From NCBI GenBank assembly GCA_963692945.1, contig OY843585.1, positions 1,440,001-1,472,000 on the forward strand: 32,000 bases of DNA, given 5' to 3'. Made by a program: the position numbers and the translations under genes. Below, one piece after another: positions 15,925 through 23,605 of the stretch; position 1 is the first letter of the stretch, and each line of letters opens with the position of its first letter. The notes beneath the pieces are model-generated. The model ran no database searches and had not been told where the DNA came from. It saw only the letters and a program-made list of their open reading frames with translations. Source of the stretch: Bdellovibrionales bacterium. GTDB taxonomy: Bacteria > Bdellovibrionota > Bdellovibrionia > Bdellovibrionales > UBA1609.

Positions 15925-16347
15925 ATGATTTATAAAAAAGAAATAGAAAAAAGAAAAGGGTTTTCCCTTATAGAGTTAATGGTAGTTGTTGCTATTATGG
16001 GTATACTTAGCTCAGTAGCTAGTATTCACTATAAAAAGTATTTGGATCGCTCTAAGGCTGATAGATTAAGAAATGAGGTTTCGCTTATCAAAACCGCTTA
16101 TCAAACTTGTAGTATTTTATTGTCTTTAGACGATTGTAATACTTTAGAGAAATTAGATATATCAATTGACACACAAGAGTACACATATAGAAGTGCTAGT
16201 GGATCTAACCATATTTGCTTTTCATTAACAAATAAGGCAGGTCAAGAAGGTTGTTACAGCTCTTATAATACAAAACTATCAACCATAGATGAGATTTTAG
16301 ATACAACAGATTCGACTGGAAAATGCTCAGGAAATAGATGCCTGTAG
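15925..16347 (+). CDS. Type IV pilin (prepilin-type N-terminal cleavage/methylation domain)
   Basis: KRKG|FSLIELMVVVAIMGILSSVA is the canonical motif (Phe at +1, Glu at +5). C-terminal Cys pair CSGNRC. A GGGAGA RBS lies upstream. Confidence 0.9.
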   Translation: MIYKKEIEKRKGFSLIELMVVVAIMGILSSVASIHYKKYLDRSKADRLRNEVSLIKTAYQTCSILLSLDDCNTLEKLDISIDTQEYTYRSASGSNHICFSLTNKAGQEGCYSSYNTKLSTIDEILDTTDSTGKCSGNRCL

Positions 16348-16758
16348 ATGATTTGTTCAAGAGATCTTGTTTTCCAATCTATCAATCCTTAGAAATTTAA
16401 AAATCTTTTTAGTCCAGCTCTTTTTTTTTAGATGCTTTTTCTGATTCAAATTTATTCTTTTTTTCAGACTTAATCTCTATTTCTTTGAGACTCATTTTCT
16501 TTTTATTTAAAACCTGATTAATACTTTTTAAAATTCTTTTTCATCACAAAGAGGATTTATTTTTTGTGTGGAGAGGTTAAAAATGAGTTCAAAAACAATA
16601 TCCAGAGTTAGTGTCGGAAGGTTCAAGATAAAAAGAAAACCTTAAGGCTAAACTATCAAGGTCTTATTCCTGCTATTAAAATTTTACAAAAATATAGGGT
16701 CTATTTGTGGTTAGGATTGGTTATTACGAGAGATATTTATTCCATGATTTTTTAGAAA

Positions 16759-17796
16759 TCATTGAATAAAAAATCTTTTAAAAGACCTTAGAGTTTTATC
16801 AAACCAATTCCCAATTTCTCTTGAAGTTTTAGCATTGTAAGAGCGAAGTAACTTTATAAGTTCTTCATTTCCTTCATCTTCGGCAATATCCAAAACGGTC
16901 ATTCCATTTCCATTTTTTATATTAGGATCAGCACCAGCTTCCAGTAGAGGTTTAAAGATATTTTCTATCTCTTCTTCAGCTTCATCTTCATCAATTATAA
17001 AAGAATACATTGCTACAAATAAAGGTGTGTCATCTTCATTATTTTTAATATTCAAATCAGCCTTTTTTTGAATTAAAATATTTAGAAAATTTGGATTCAT
17101 TTCATTTGCAACTGCATAGTGAAGCGGAGTGAAACCCGCTTTATCTTTTGCATTTATTTGAACTCCATTCTTGAAAAAAAACTCTACGACGAGTAAATCT
17201 GTATCAAAATTCCGATCATATCTAGAGTGAGAAATCACATCGTTAAGAACAGAAGTATCTACTTGAGATCCATTCATAACAAGCACTTCCATAAATTCTA
17301 AATTTCCTTTAAGACCAGCTGCACCTAAAGGTGTAACTCCTTCATTATTTTTTTCATTAACATTCAACCCTTGACTTATAAGAAATTCAGCAATCTCTTT
17401 ATTGTCTGTTTTATGAAGAAATGTTTCTCCATCTCTATTTTTAAAATTTATGTCAGCTCCTCTATCTAGAAGAAACTTAACCATTTCTAAATTTTCTGCA
17501 TAAAATAAAGGGGAACTTCCTCTTCCTGTATACCCACCATCTCTTATATCTATGTCAACCCCATTTTTAAGATCTCTTTCTACACAATCAAATCTATTTT
17601 CTGAAACAGCACTATGTAGAGAATGACTAGATAAGCCATCTACAAACATTACGATAATACCATTCTCTTTAATTGCTCCAGAGTAAGAACCTTTTGGACA
17701 AGCAGAAGGGTCATCTTCGACATACTCATAACCGAAAACACCATCAACACAAGACACAAATAACAAGCAAGATATAAAAAATAAAAATTTCAGCAC
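16759..17796 (-). CDS. Ankyrin-repeat lipoprotein/exported protein (about 6-7 repeats)
   Basis: Multiple ANK units, for example GSSPLFYAENLEMVKFLLDRGADINFKN, GETFLHKT, GVTPLGAAGLKGNLEFMEVLVMNG and GFTPLHYAVANE. N-terminus MLKFLFFISCLLFVSC is lipobox-like. The apparent start is GTG at 17794-17796, and there is no in-frame ATG at or near this N-terminus. Confidence 0.85.
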   Translation of the reverse strand: MLKFLFFISCLLFVSCVDGVFGYEYVEDDPSACPKGSYSGAIKENGIIVMFVDGLSSHSLHSAVSENRFDCVERDLKNGVDIDIRDGGYTGRGSSPLFYAENLEMVKFLLDRGADINFKNRDGETFLHKTDNKEIAEFLISQGLNVNEKNNEGVTPLGAAGLKGNLEFMEVLVMNGSQVDTSVLNDVISHSRYDRNFDTDLLVVEFFFKNGVQINAKDKAGFTPLHYAVANEMNPNFLNILIQKKADLNIKNNEDDTPLFVAMYSFIIDEDEAEEEIENIFKPLLEAGADPNIKNGNGMTVLDIAEDEGNEELIKLLRSYNAKTSREIGNWFDKTLRSFKRFFIQ

Positions 17797-17847
17797 AGTT
17801 TTTTAATATTGCCAAAAAGAATTAAAATATACAAATATTTTTTTTAA

Positions 17848-17905
17848 TATAAAATCTAGAAAAACTATACTTTTTTTAATTATAAAATCTAGAAAAACTA
17901 TACTT
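17848..17905. repeat. Direct repeat, 2 x 25 bp (tataaaatctagaaaaactatactt) with a 33-bp period
   Basis: Identical copies at 17848-17872 and 17881-17905, between the ankyrin gene start and the tRNA-Glu 3' end. Confidence 0.9.
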
Positions 17906-17916
17906 ACAAAACAAAA

Positions 17917-17992
17917 TGGCGTTCCCTACGGGATTTGAACCCGTGTTTTCACCGTGAAAGGGTGGTGTCCTAGGCCTCTAGACGAAGGGAAC
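17917..17992 (-). tRNA. tRNA-Glu (anticodon UUC), CCA encoded
   Basis: The reverse complement GTTCCCTTCGTCTAGAGGCCTAGGACACCACCCTTTCACGGTGAAAACACGGGTTCAAATCCCGTAGGGAACGCCA folds as a cloverleaf. Acceptor stem is GTTCCCT/AGGGAAC, anticodon loop CTTTCAC, T-loop TTCAAAT. Confidence 0.95.
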
Positions 17993-18001
17993 ATTTGTAA
18001 A

Positions 18002-18077
18002 TGGTGACCTGCCTAGGACTCGAACCTAGGACCCTCTCCTTAAAAGGGAGATGCTCTACCAACTGAGCTAGCAGATC
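18002..18077 (-). tRNA. tRNA-Lys (anticodon UUU), CCA encoded
   Basis: The reverse complement GATCTGCTAGCTCAGTTGGTAGAGCATCTCCCTTTTAAGGAGAGGGTCCTAGGTTCGAGTCCTAGGCAGGTCACCA folds as a cloverleaf. Acceptor stem is GATCTGC/GCAGGTC (one G-U pair), anticodon loop CTTTTAA. Confidence 0.95.
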
Positions 18078-18457
18078 ACTATTAGCTTTCTATATTTTTC
18101 AGTAATGTTCCTTTTTGTCAAATGCTCAGTAAAGGTTCCGATTTTTTAGACCTTCATTTTAAAAATGATTTCCTAAAAGAAGGACTTATTTTTAAGTGTT
18201 TTTTACTCCTCAAAATGTTGATAGTTAGTCCTTTTCTCAAAAATCCTAACCCCTCCACAACTCTAAATCCCGAAAGGACTAAAACTCCAAGCATCAAAAT
18301 GACCAACCAAAAAAAATCTCAAAGACACAAAAAAACCATTAAAAAGCCAATCCCTACATTGACCAGAGTATAAAAATACAACCAATAAAAAGCCGATAAC
18401 TGTATTGGACTATTAAAACCTTGAGAAGCCTAGTTTCTTATGTCATTATAGTCTTGA

Positions 18458-18483
18458 CACCGAAGTAAAGTTCGGTGTTTTTT
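18458..18483 (+). terminator. Rho-independent terminator-like hairpin 35 nt upstream of the fusA ATG
   Basis: CACCGAA-GTAAAG-TTCGGTG (7-bp stem, 6-nt loop) followed by TTTTTTATT. Confidence 0.5.
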
Positions 18484-18517
18484 ATTACCTGAACTTTTTA
18501 AAAAGAGGAATACAGTC

Positions 18518-20623
18518 ATGGTTAAAAAATGGGATGTTACAAAAGTCAGAAATATAGGTATTTCTGCTCATATTGACTCAGGAAAAACCACTTTAACAGA
18601 AAGAGTTTTATTTTACACAGGCCGAATACATGCCATTCACGATGTGAAAGGAAAAGATGGTGTAGGTGCAAAAATGGATTCTATGGAATTAGAAAAAGAA
18701 CGTGGAATCACTATTAAATCAGCAGCTACAAATGTCTCTTGGAAAACAACAGATATCAATATTATTGATACTCCTGGACATGTGGACTTTACGATTGAAG
18801 TTGAAAGAGCTCTTAGAGTTTTAGACGGAGCGGTTTTAGTTTTATGTGGTGTAGCTGGTGTTCAATCTCAATCTATTACAGTGGATCGCCAAATGCGTCG
18901 TTATGATGTTCCTCGTATTGCTTTTATCAATAAGTTAGATAGAGCCGGTGCTGATCCTTTTCGCATCACTCAAATGCTTAAAGACAAATTGAGACATAAT
19001 GCCGTTTTGACACAAATTCCTATAGGTTTAGAAGATAAACATAAAGGAGTTGTAGATCTTTTCACAATGAAAGCCATTTATTGTGAAGGAGATGACGGAG
19101 AAAAAGTTACAATTAAAGAAATACCAGAAGATTTAAAGACTCAAGCCGAAGAGTATCGTCAAAAAATGATTGAAGTCATTGTAGAATTTGATGACAACTT
19201 AACAGAAAAATTTTTAAACGAAGAAGAGATTTCTACAAAAGACCTTTATCGTGTTGCTCGTCAAGCCACTTTAGATTTGAAAATCACTTTAGTTTTTATG
19301 GGTTCTGCTTATAAAAACAAAGGTGTGCAACCTCTGCTTGACGCTGTAGAAACTTTCTTGCCGAATCCAACAGAGGTCCAAAATACAGCACTAGATTTAG
19401 ATGATAATGAAAAAGTTATACCAGTGAATCCCTCTTCCGATAGCCCTCTCTTGTTGTTGGCTTTTAAACTGGAAGACACTCGTTTCGGACAATTAACTTA
19501 TATGAGAATCTATCAAGGAATTATCCGTAAAGGAGATTTTATTATCAATTCCAGAAATCAAAAAAAGGTGAAAGTGGCTCGTCTAGTCCATATGCACTCT
19601 GATGATATGGAAGAAGTGAATCAAGCTGAGGCTGGTGATATTGTTGCTATATTTGGTGTAGAGTGTGCCTCAGGAGATACTTTTACAAATGGAAAATTAA
19701 ATTATGCAATGAGTTCTATGTTTGTTCCAGACCCTGTTATGTCTCTAGCTATTGAACCTAAAGAACAAAGTTCCTCAGGAAATTTTACAAAGGCTCTCCA
19801 AAAATTTAGAAAAGAAGATCCCACTTTTTTCATTCATAGAGATGAAGAATCAGGACAAACTATCATTTCAGGAATGGGAGAACTTCATTTAAATATTTAT
19901 GTAGAACGGATGAAAAGAGAGTTTAACTGTGAAGTGAAGGTTGGAAAACCTCAAGTTGCCTATAGAGAAACAATCACTGGCACTGTCGCTTATGATTACA
20001 CCCATAAAAAACAAACAGGTGGTGCAGGTCAATTTGCAAAAGTGGTTGGAACTTTAGAATCTCTTGGTGAGAATCCTGAAAACAATTACGAATTTGTAGA
20101 TAAAATTGTAAGTGGGCGTATTCCAAAAGAATACATTCCAGCCGTGAACAAAGGTTTTCAAGAACAAATGACCAAAGGACCTCTGATTGGATTTCCTATC
20201 GTTGGTGTCAAAGCCACTCTTTCCGATGGAGCTTATCATGATGTGGATTCAAGTGAGATGGCTTTTCGTATTTGTGCTATGGCTGCATTTAGAGAATTTT
20301 ATATGAAAGCAAAACCTGTTGCCCTTGAACCCATTATGAAATTAGAGGTTTCTTGTCCTGAAGAATTTCAAGGAAATGTGGTTGGTCAAATCAATCAAAG
20401 AAGGGGTTTAATTAAAGGAGCAGAAACTCAAGAAGGTTTTACTGTTATAGAAGCAGAAGTGCCTTTAGCGGAAATGTTTGAATACTCTACAGAACTTCGT
20501 TCAGCCACTCAAGGTAAGGGCGAGTTCACTATGGAGTTTTTTCGTTATGCTGCCGTCCCAAGAAGTCAGCAAGAAGAATTAATCAAAGAATATCAAGCTA
20601 AAAAAGCAGCAGATGCCAAGTAG
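18518..20623 (+). CDS. fusA: Elongation factor G, mitochondrial EF-G1-like (spd-type) subfamily
   Basis: G-domain motifs [17 protein letters not shown] and NKLD. The segment [26 protein letters not shown] matches mtEFG1-type proteins rather than the canonical [29 protein letters not shown] RBS upstream. Confidence 0.97.
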   Translation: MVKKWDVTKVRNIGISAHIDSGKTTLTERVLFYTGRIHAIHDVKGKDGVGAKMDSMELEKERGITIKSAATNVSWKTTDINIIDTPGHVDFTIEVERALRVLDGAVLVLCGVAGVQSQSITVDRQMRRYDVPRIAFINKLDRAGADPFRITQMLKDKLRHNAVLTQIPIGLEDKHKGVVDLFTMKAIYCEGDDGEKVTIKEIPEDLKTQAEEYRQKMIEVIVEFDDNLTEKFLNEEEISTKDLYRVARQATLDLKITLVFMGSAYKNKGVQPLLDAVETFLPNPTEVQNTALDLDDNEKVIPVNPSSDSPLLLLAFKLEDTRFGQLTYMRIYQGIIRKGDFIINSRNQKKVKVARLVHMHSDDMEEVNQAEAGDIVAIFGVECASGDTFTNGKLNYAMSSMFVPDPVMSLAIEPKEQSSSGNFTKALQKFRKEDPTFFIHRDEESGQTIISGMGELHLNIYVERMKREFNCEVKVGKPQVAYRETITGTVAYDYTHKKQTGGAGQFAKVVGTLESLGENPENNYEFVDKIVSGRIPKEYIPAVNKGFQEQMTKGPLIGFPIVGVKATLSDGAYHDVDSSEMAFRICAMAAFREFYMKAKPVALEPIMKLEVSCPEEFQGNVVGQINQRRGLIKGAETQEGFTVIEAEVPLAEMFEYSTELRSATQGKGEFTMEFFRYAAVPRSQQEELIKEYQAKKAADAK

Positions 20624-20641
20624 AATGGAAAGGAGCAAAAC

Positions 20642-21178
20642 ATGATACTCTCTGATTCCAGCATTAAAAAACTTATTAAAACTAAAAAGCTTCAAATTAA
20701 AAATTTAAAAGCAGGAGCCATCCAACCCAGTTCCATAGACTTAACTTTGGACAATTCAGCTCTTCTTTTGAAATATTGGAAAACTACAGGAATTTTAGAT
20801 CTTAATACAAAAATGGACTATGAAAAAATCTCTGGTACACAATTTATTATTCCTCCTCATTCTTTTATTTTAGCTAGCACCAAAGAGTACATCTCTCTAC
20901 CAAAAGATATTTCTGGTTTTATAGAAGGGAGAAGCTCTATTGGACGAATGGGTTTGTTTATTCAAAACGCTTCTGTCGTGGGACCCGGCTTTAAAGGTAA
21001 ACTCACTTTGGAGCTTTACAACGCCAATATCCTACCCATCCGTTTAGAGGCTAACCGAAGAGTTTGCCAACTCATTTTATTTCAAATGGATAAAAAATCT
21101 CAAAAAGGCTATACAGGCAAATATCAACATCAAAATAACACGACTTCTTCAAAAATCTATATGGATAAAAAAAGTTAA
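20642..21178 (+). CDS. dcd: dCTP deaminase
   Basis: MILSDSSIKKLI..., QPSSIDLTL, EGRSSIGRMGLFIQNA and GFKGKLTLELYN are hallmark Dcd/dUTPase-fold motifs. Confidence 0.9.
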   Translation: MILSDSSIKKLIKTKKLQIKNLKAGAIQPSSIDLTLDNSALLLKYWKTTGILDLNTKMDYEKISGTQFIIPPHSFILASTKEYISLPKDISGFIEGRSSIGRMGLFIQNASVVGPGFKGKLTLELYNANILPIRLEANRRVCQLILFQMDKKSQKGYTGKYQHQNNTTSSKIYMDKKS

Positions 21179-21574
21179 TTTTGTTCAAAAAGAACATAGT
21201 ATTCCATCACAAAAAAGAGAAAAACTTACAAAAAATTACATTTTTTACCCTAGTATATAGCCAATTCATAAGTTTTAACTCCCTTTTTATAGCAATCTAC
21301 AATTTTTGAGTTTGTCTTTAAATAGTCAAAACTCTAGACATCTTTAACTCCTTTCATTTAAGAAGAAAGACCCTTTTTAAGAACTACAAAAAAAACATAG
21401 AAAAATACTTCTAATTGTGTTAGAAATAAGAAGATAAAGTATGTCCAGTTATTTATTCCCAGAAACTTCTGAAGATTGCTCAGGTCAGGTCTGTACAGAC
21501 CCCTTACCCTCTATTAAAAATCACCTTCAACAAGGAGAAAAAATTTGTTTATAGTTCCTCTATAAGCAGTTCCT

Positions 21575-22612
21575 ATGTTTCTACTTTATTTTTACTTTAC
21601 TCTTGCAGTCGTAGTTTCTTTTATTTGTTCACTTTTAGAATCAGTCATTTTATCGGTTCCCTATTCGCATGTCCAATCTGCATCTCAAAGGGGACTGTTT
21701 TATGCTCCCTTACTTAAAAAATTAAAATATCAAATAACCCGACCTCTCTCGGCTATACTAACAATCAACACTATTGCTAATACTCTAGGAGCAGCTGGAG
21801 TAGGAGCTCAAGTCCATCAACTTTTCGGAAGTTATTATGTAACAACCTTCTCCATACTTCTTACTTTTGTCATTTTAATTTTTTCTGAAATCATACCTAA
21901 AACTTTAGGTGCTAGTTATTGGCGAATCTTTTTACCTTTTACCGTCTATATGATTCAAGGTCTTATATACATTTGCTATCCCTTTGTCGTTTTCTCTCAT
22001 TACTTCAACAAAATCATTGGAGGGAAAAGTCATACGATTACAAGAGAAGACCTTATTGGTGCTGCAGAAATGGGAGCTACCGAAGGGGCTATCTATAAAA
22101 ATGAAAGTGAACTTTTAAAAAATATTTTAAAATTAAAAAACAGAAAAGTTTCAGAAATCATGACACCTAGAACGGTTGTCACAGCTTTTAGTAAAAAAAT
22201 GACCATAGGAGAAGTTGTTCAAAAATATCAACCTCTTCGTTTTGCACGAATACCAGTTTATGAAGAGAGCTTAGACCAAGTAATAGGTATGGTTCATCGT
22301 TATAAAATTCTAGAAGCTCATTCTCAAAATTGTGAAAAAGTGACAGTGGAATCTTATCTTAAGCCTCTCCATACAGTCCCTGAAAATATATCTGTAACCG
22401 CAGCACTAGATCAGTTTATCAAAAGAAAAGAACATATTTTTATTGTTGTTGACGAATATGGAACTGTGTCTGGCTTGGTCACTATGGAAGATGTTGTGGA
22501 AACCATTCTAGGAATAGAAATAGTTGATGAATTAGACCCTGTTGAAGACCTTAGAGAACAAGCTTTAAAACAATGGAAGCAAAAGAAAAGTCGTTTTAGA
22601 AAATTCTCTTAG
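21575..22612 (+). CDS. CNNM-family (DUF21 transmembrane domain plus CBS pair) putative divalent-cation transporter
   Basis: N-terminal 4-TM DUF21 pattern (LSAILTINTIANTLGAAGVGAQ, FSEIIPKTLG), followed by two CBS modules (VSEIMTPRTVV..., EHIFIVVDEYGTVSGLVTMEDVVETILG). There is no CorC_HlyC C-terminal domain. Confidence 0.85.
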   Translation: MFLLYFYFTLAVVVSFICSLLESVILSVPYSHVQSASQRGLFYAPLLKKLKYQITRPLSAILTINTIANTLGAAGVGAQVHQLFGSYYVTTFSILLTFVILIFSEIIPKTLGASYWRIFLPFTVYMIQGLIYICYPFVVFSHYFNKIIGGKSHTITREDLIGAAEMGATEGAIYKNESELLKNILKLKNRKVSEIMTPRTVVTAFSKKMTIGEVVQKYQPLRFARIPVYEESLDQVIGMVHRYKILEAHSQNCEKVTVESYLKPLHTVPENISVTAALDQFIKRKEHIFIVVDEYGTVSGLVTMEDVVETILGIEIVDELDPVEDLREQALKQWKQKKSRFRKFS

Positions 22613-22624
22613 TGCAAAAAAGAT

Positions 22625-22948
22625 ATGGATGCTAAAGATTTTATCCTCATTTATTGTACAGCACCTGATAAAAAGGTATCTAAAAAATTAGCTAAGCATT
22701 TACTTTCTTTAAATTTAATTGCCTGCGTTAATATTTTTTCTGAAATAGATTCTTTTTATAACTGGAAGGGAGAATTGAAGGAAGAACAAGAAAGTCTCTT
22801 GATTTGTAAGACTCAAAAATCTCTTTATCCCTTAGTAGAAAAAGAAATTATAAAAGAACATCCCTATGAATGCCCTTGCATTGTAGCTGTAGAACTTACA
22901 GAAGCCAACCCAAATTTTCTAAAATGGATACTCAACCAAAGTCCATAA
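22625..22948 (+). CDS. cutA: Divalent-cation tolerance protein CutA
   Basis: IYCTAPD...LIACVNIF..IDSFYNWKGEL..EQESLLICKT....L...I...HPYECPCIVAVEL is the typical CutA1 pattern. Confidence 0.85.
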   Translation: MDAKDFILIYCTAPDKKVSKKLAKHLLSLNLIACVNIFSEIDSFYNWKGELKEEQESLLICKTQKSLYPLVEKEIIKEHPYECPCIVAVELTEANPNFLKWILNQSP

Positions 22949-23054
22949 AACACTAAACCTGATACCTGATAGATCCTATCAATAGGTCAAAATTTTGTTA
23001 ATATTTTATAAAGATTATATCTAAAGCAATTTATATACCTTAACATTAAAGATA

Positions 23055-23522
23055 ATGCTACGCTATCTAATTGCAATTAACCTTGTGTTGCTAAGTTTTT
23101 CTCTGAACGCTGAAAATATTGTTATTGATTATGTTTTATATAATGAACAACCAAAAACAATAGAAGAAATTGTCGCAGAAGAAGAAAAAGAACAAAAAGA
23201 AAAAGAAAAAGAAAAAGAATCTCTAGAAAAATCTCAAAAAAAAAAGGACCATGATGAAAGTTTTAGTATCACAGACTTATCCTATTTTGATATCGTGAAA
23301 GAGAAAGATCGGGAAGACTACGAAAAGTACAAAGATGCTGAAGTGGAAGAATTGTCTTTCTCAAAACTTATATCAAGACTTCTTGTTTATAAAGCCCTGA
23401 AACACTATGATGAAAAAATTGAAGCTTTTCTAAAAAAACATCCTTACCTTGAAAGAATCATTGATCGCATTGATGTTACAAAAGACTCCATTAATGTTAT
23501 TATTTTTGAAAACGAATTCTGA
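23055..23522 (+). CDS. Exported Glu/Lys-rich protein of unknown function
   Basis: Signal peptide MLRYLIAINLVLLSFSLNA and a low-complexity EEEKEQKEKEKEKE segment. I recognise no family. Confidence 0.5.
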   Translation: MLRYLIAINLVLLSFSLNAENIVIDYVLYNEQPKTIEEIVAEEEKEQKEKEKEKESLEKSQKKKDHDESFSITDLSYFDIVKEKDREDYEKYKDAEVEELSFSKLISRLLVYKALKHYDEKIEAFLKKHPYLERIIDRIDVTKDSINVIIFENEF

Positions 23523-23605
23523 TTTTTTACTCATGTCAGATGACAACTTTCACTTTTGGAAAATACAGTAGATAAATGATTCATCTTCCCTATTTACGCA
23601 AACAA

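Noticed and set aside
16583-16645. 20-codon mini-ORF (MSSKTISRVSVGRFKIKRKP) with a GGAGAGG Shine-Dalgarno 7 nt upstream
   Set aside because: It is too short to evaluate without conservation or Ribo-seq data, and it lies in a degenerate 410-bp intergenic stretch. It would be worth a glance if expression data exist.
18122-18373. 83-aa ORF between tRNA-Lys and fusA
   Set aside because: It has a low-complexity Lys/Pro/Thr-rich sequence, no RBS and no recognisable domain. I treated it as non-coding. The region is instead flagged as a possible sRNA or leader.
18454-18459. TTGACA hexamer as the fusA -35 box
   Set aside because: No acceptable -10 hexamer lies 16-19 nt downstream, and the nearest TATTAC is about 23 nt away. 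The hexamer also overlaps the terminator stem.
21441-21554. 37-codon ORF (MSSYLFPETSEDCSGQVCTDPLPSIKNHLQQGEKICL) just upstream of the CNNM transporter gene; possible leader peptide or riboswitch region
   Set aside because: It has no convincing RBS, and I cannot recognise an M-box or other riboswitch by eye. There is not enough evidence.
23235-23244. A10 run inside CDS 23055..23522 as a phase-variation tract
   Set aside because: Poly-A/T runs of this length are common throughout this AT-rich window, in both coding and non-coding sequence, so the run is not statistically notable, unlike the G9 tract.
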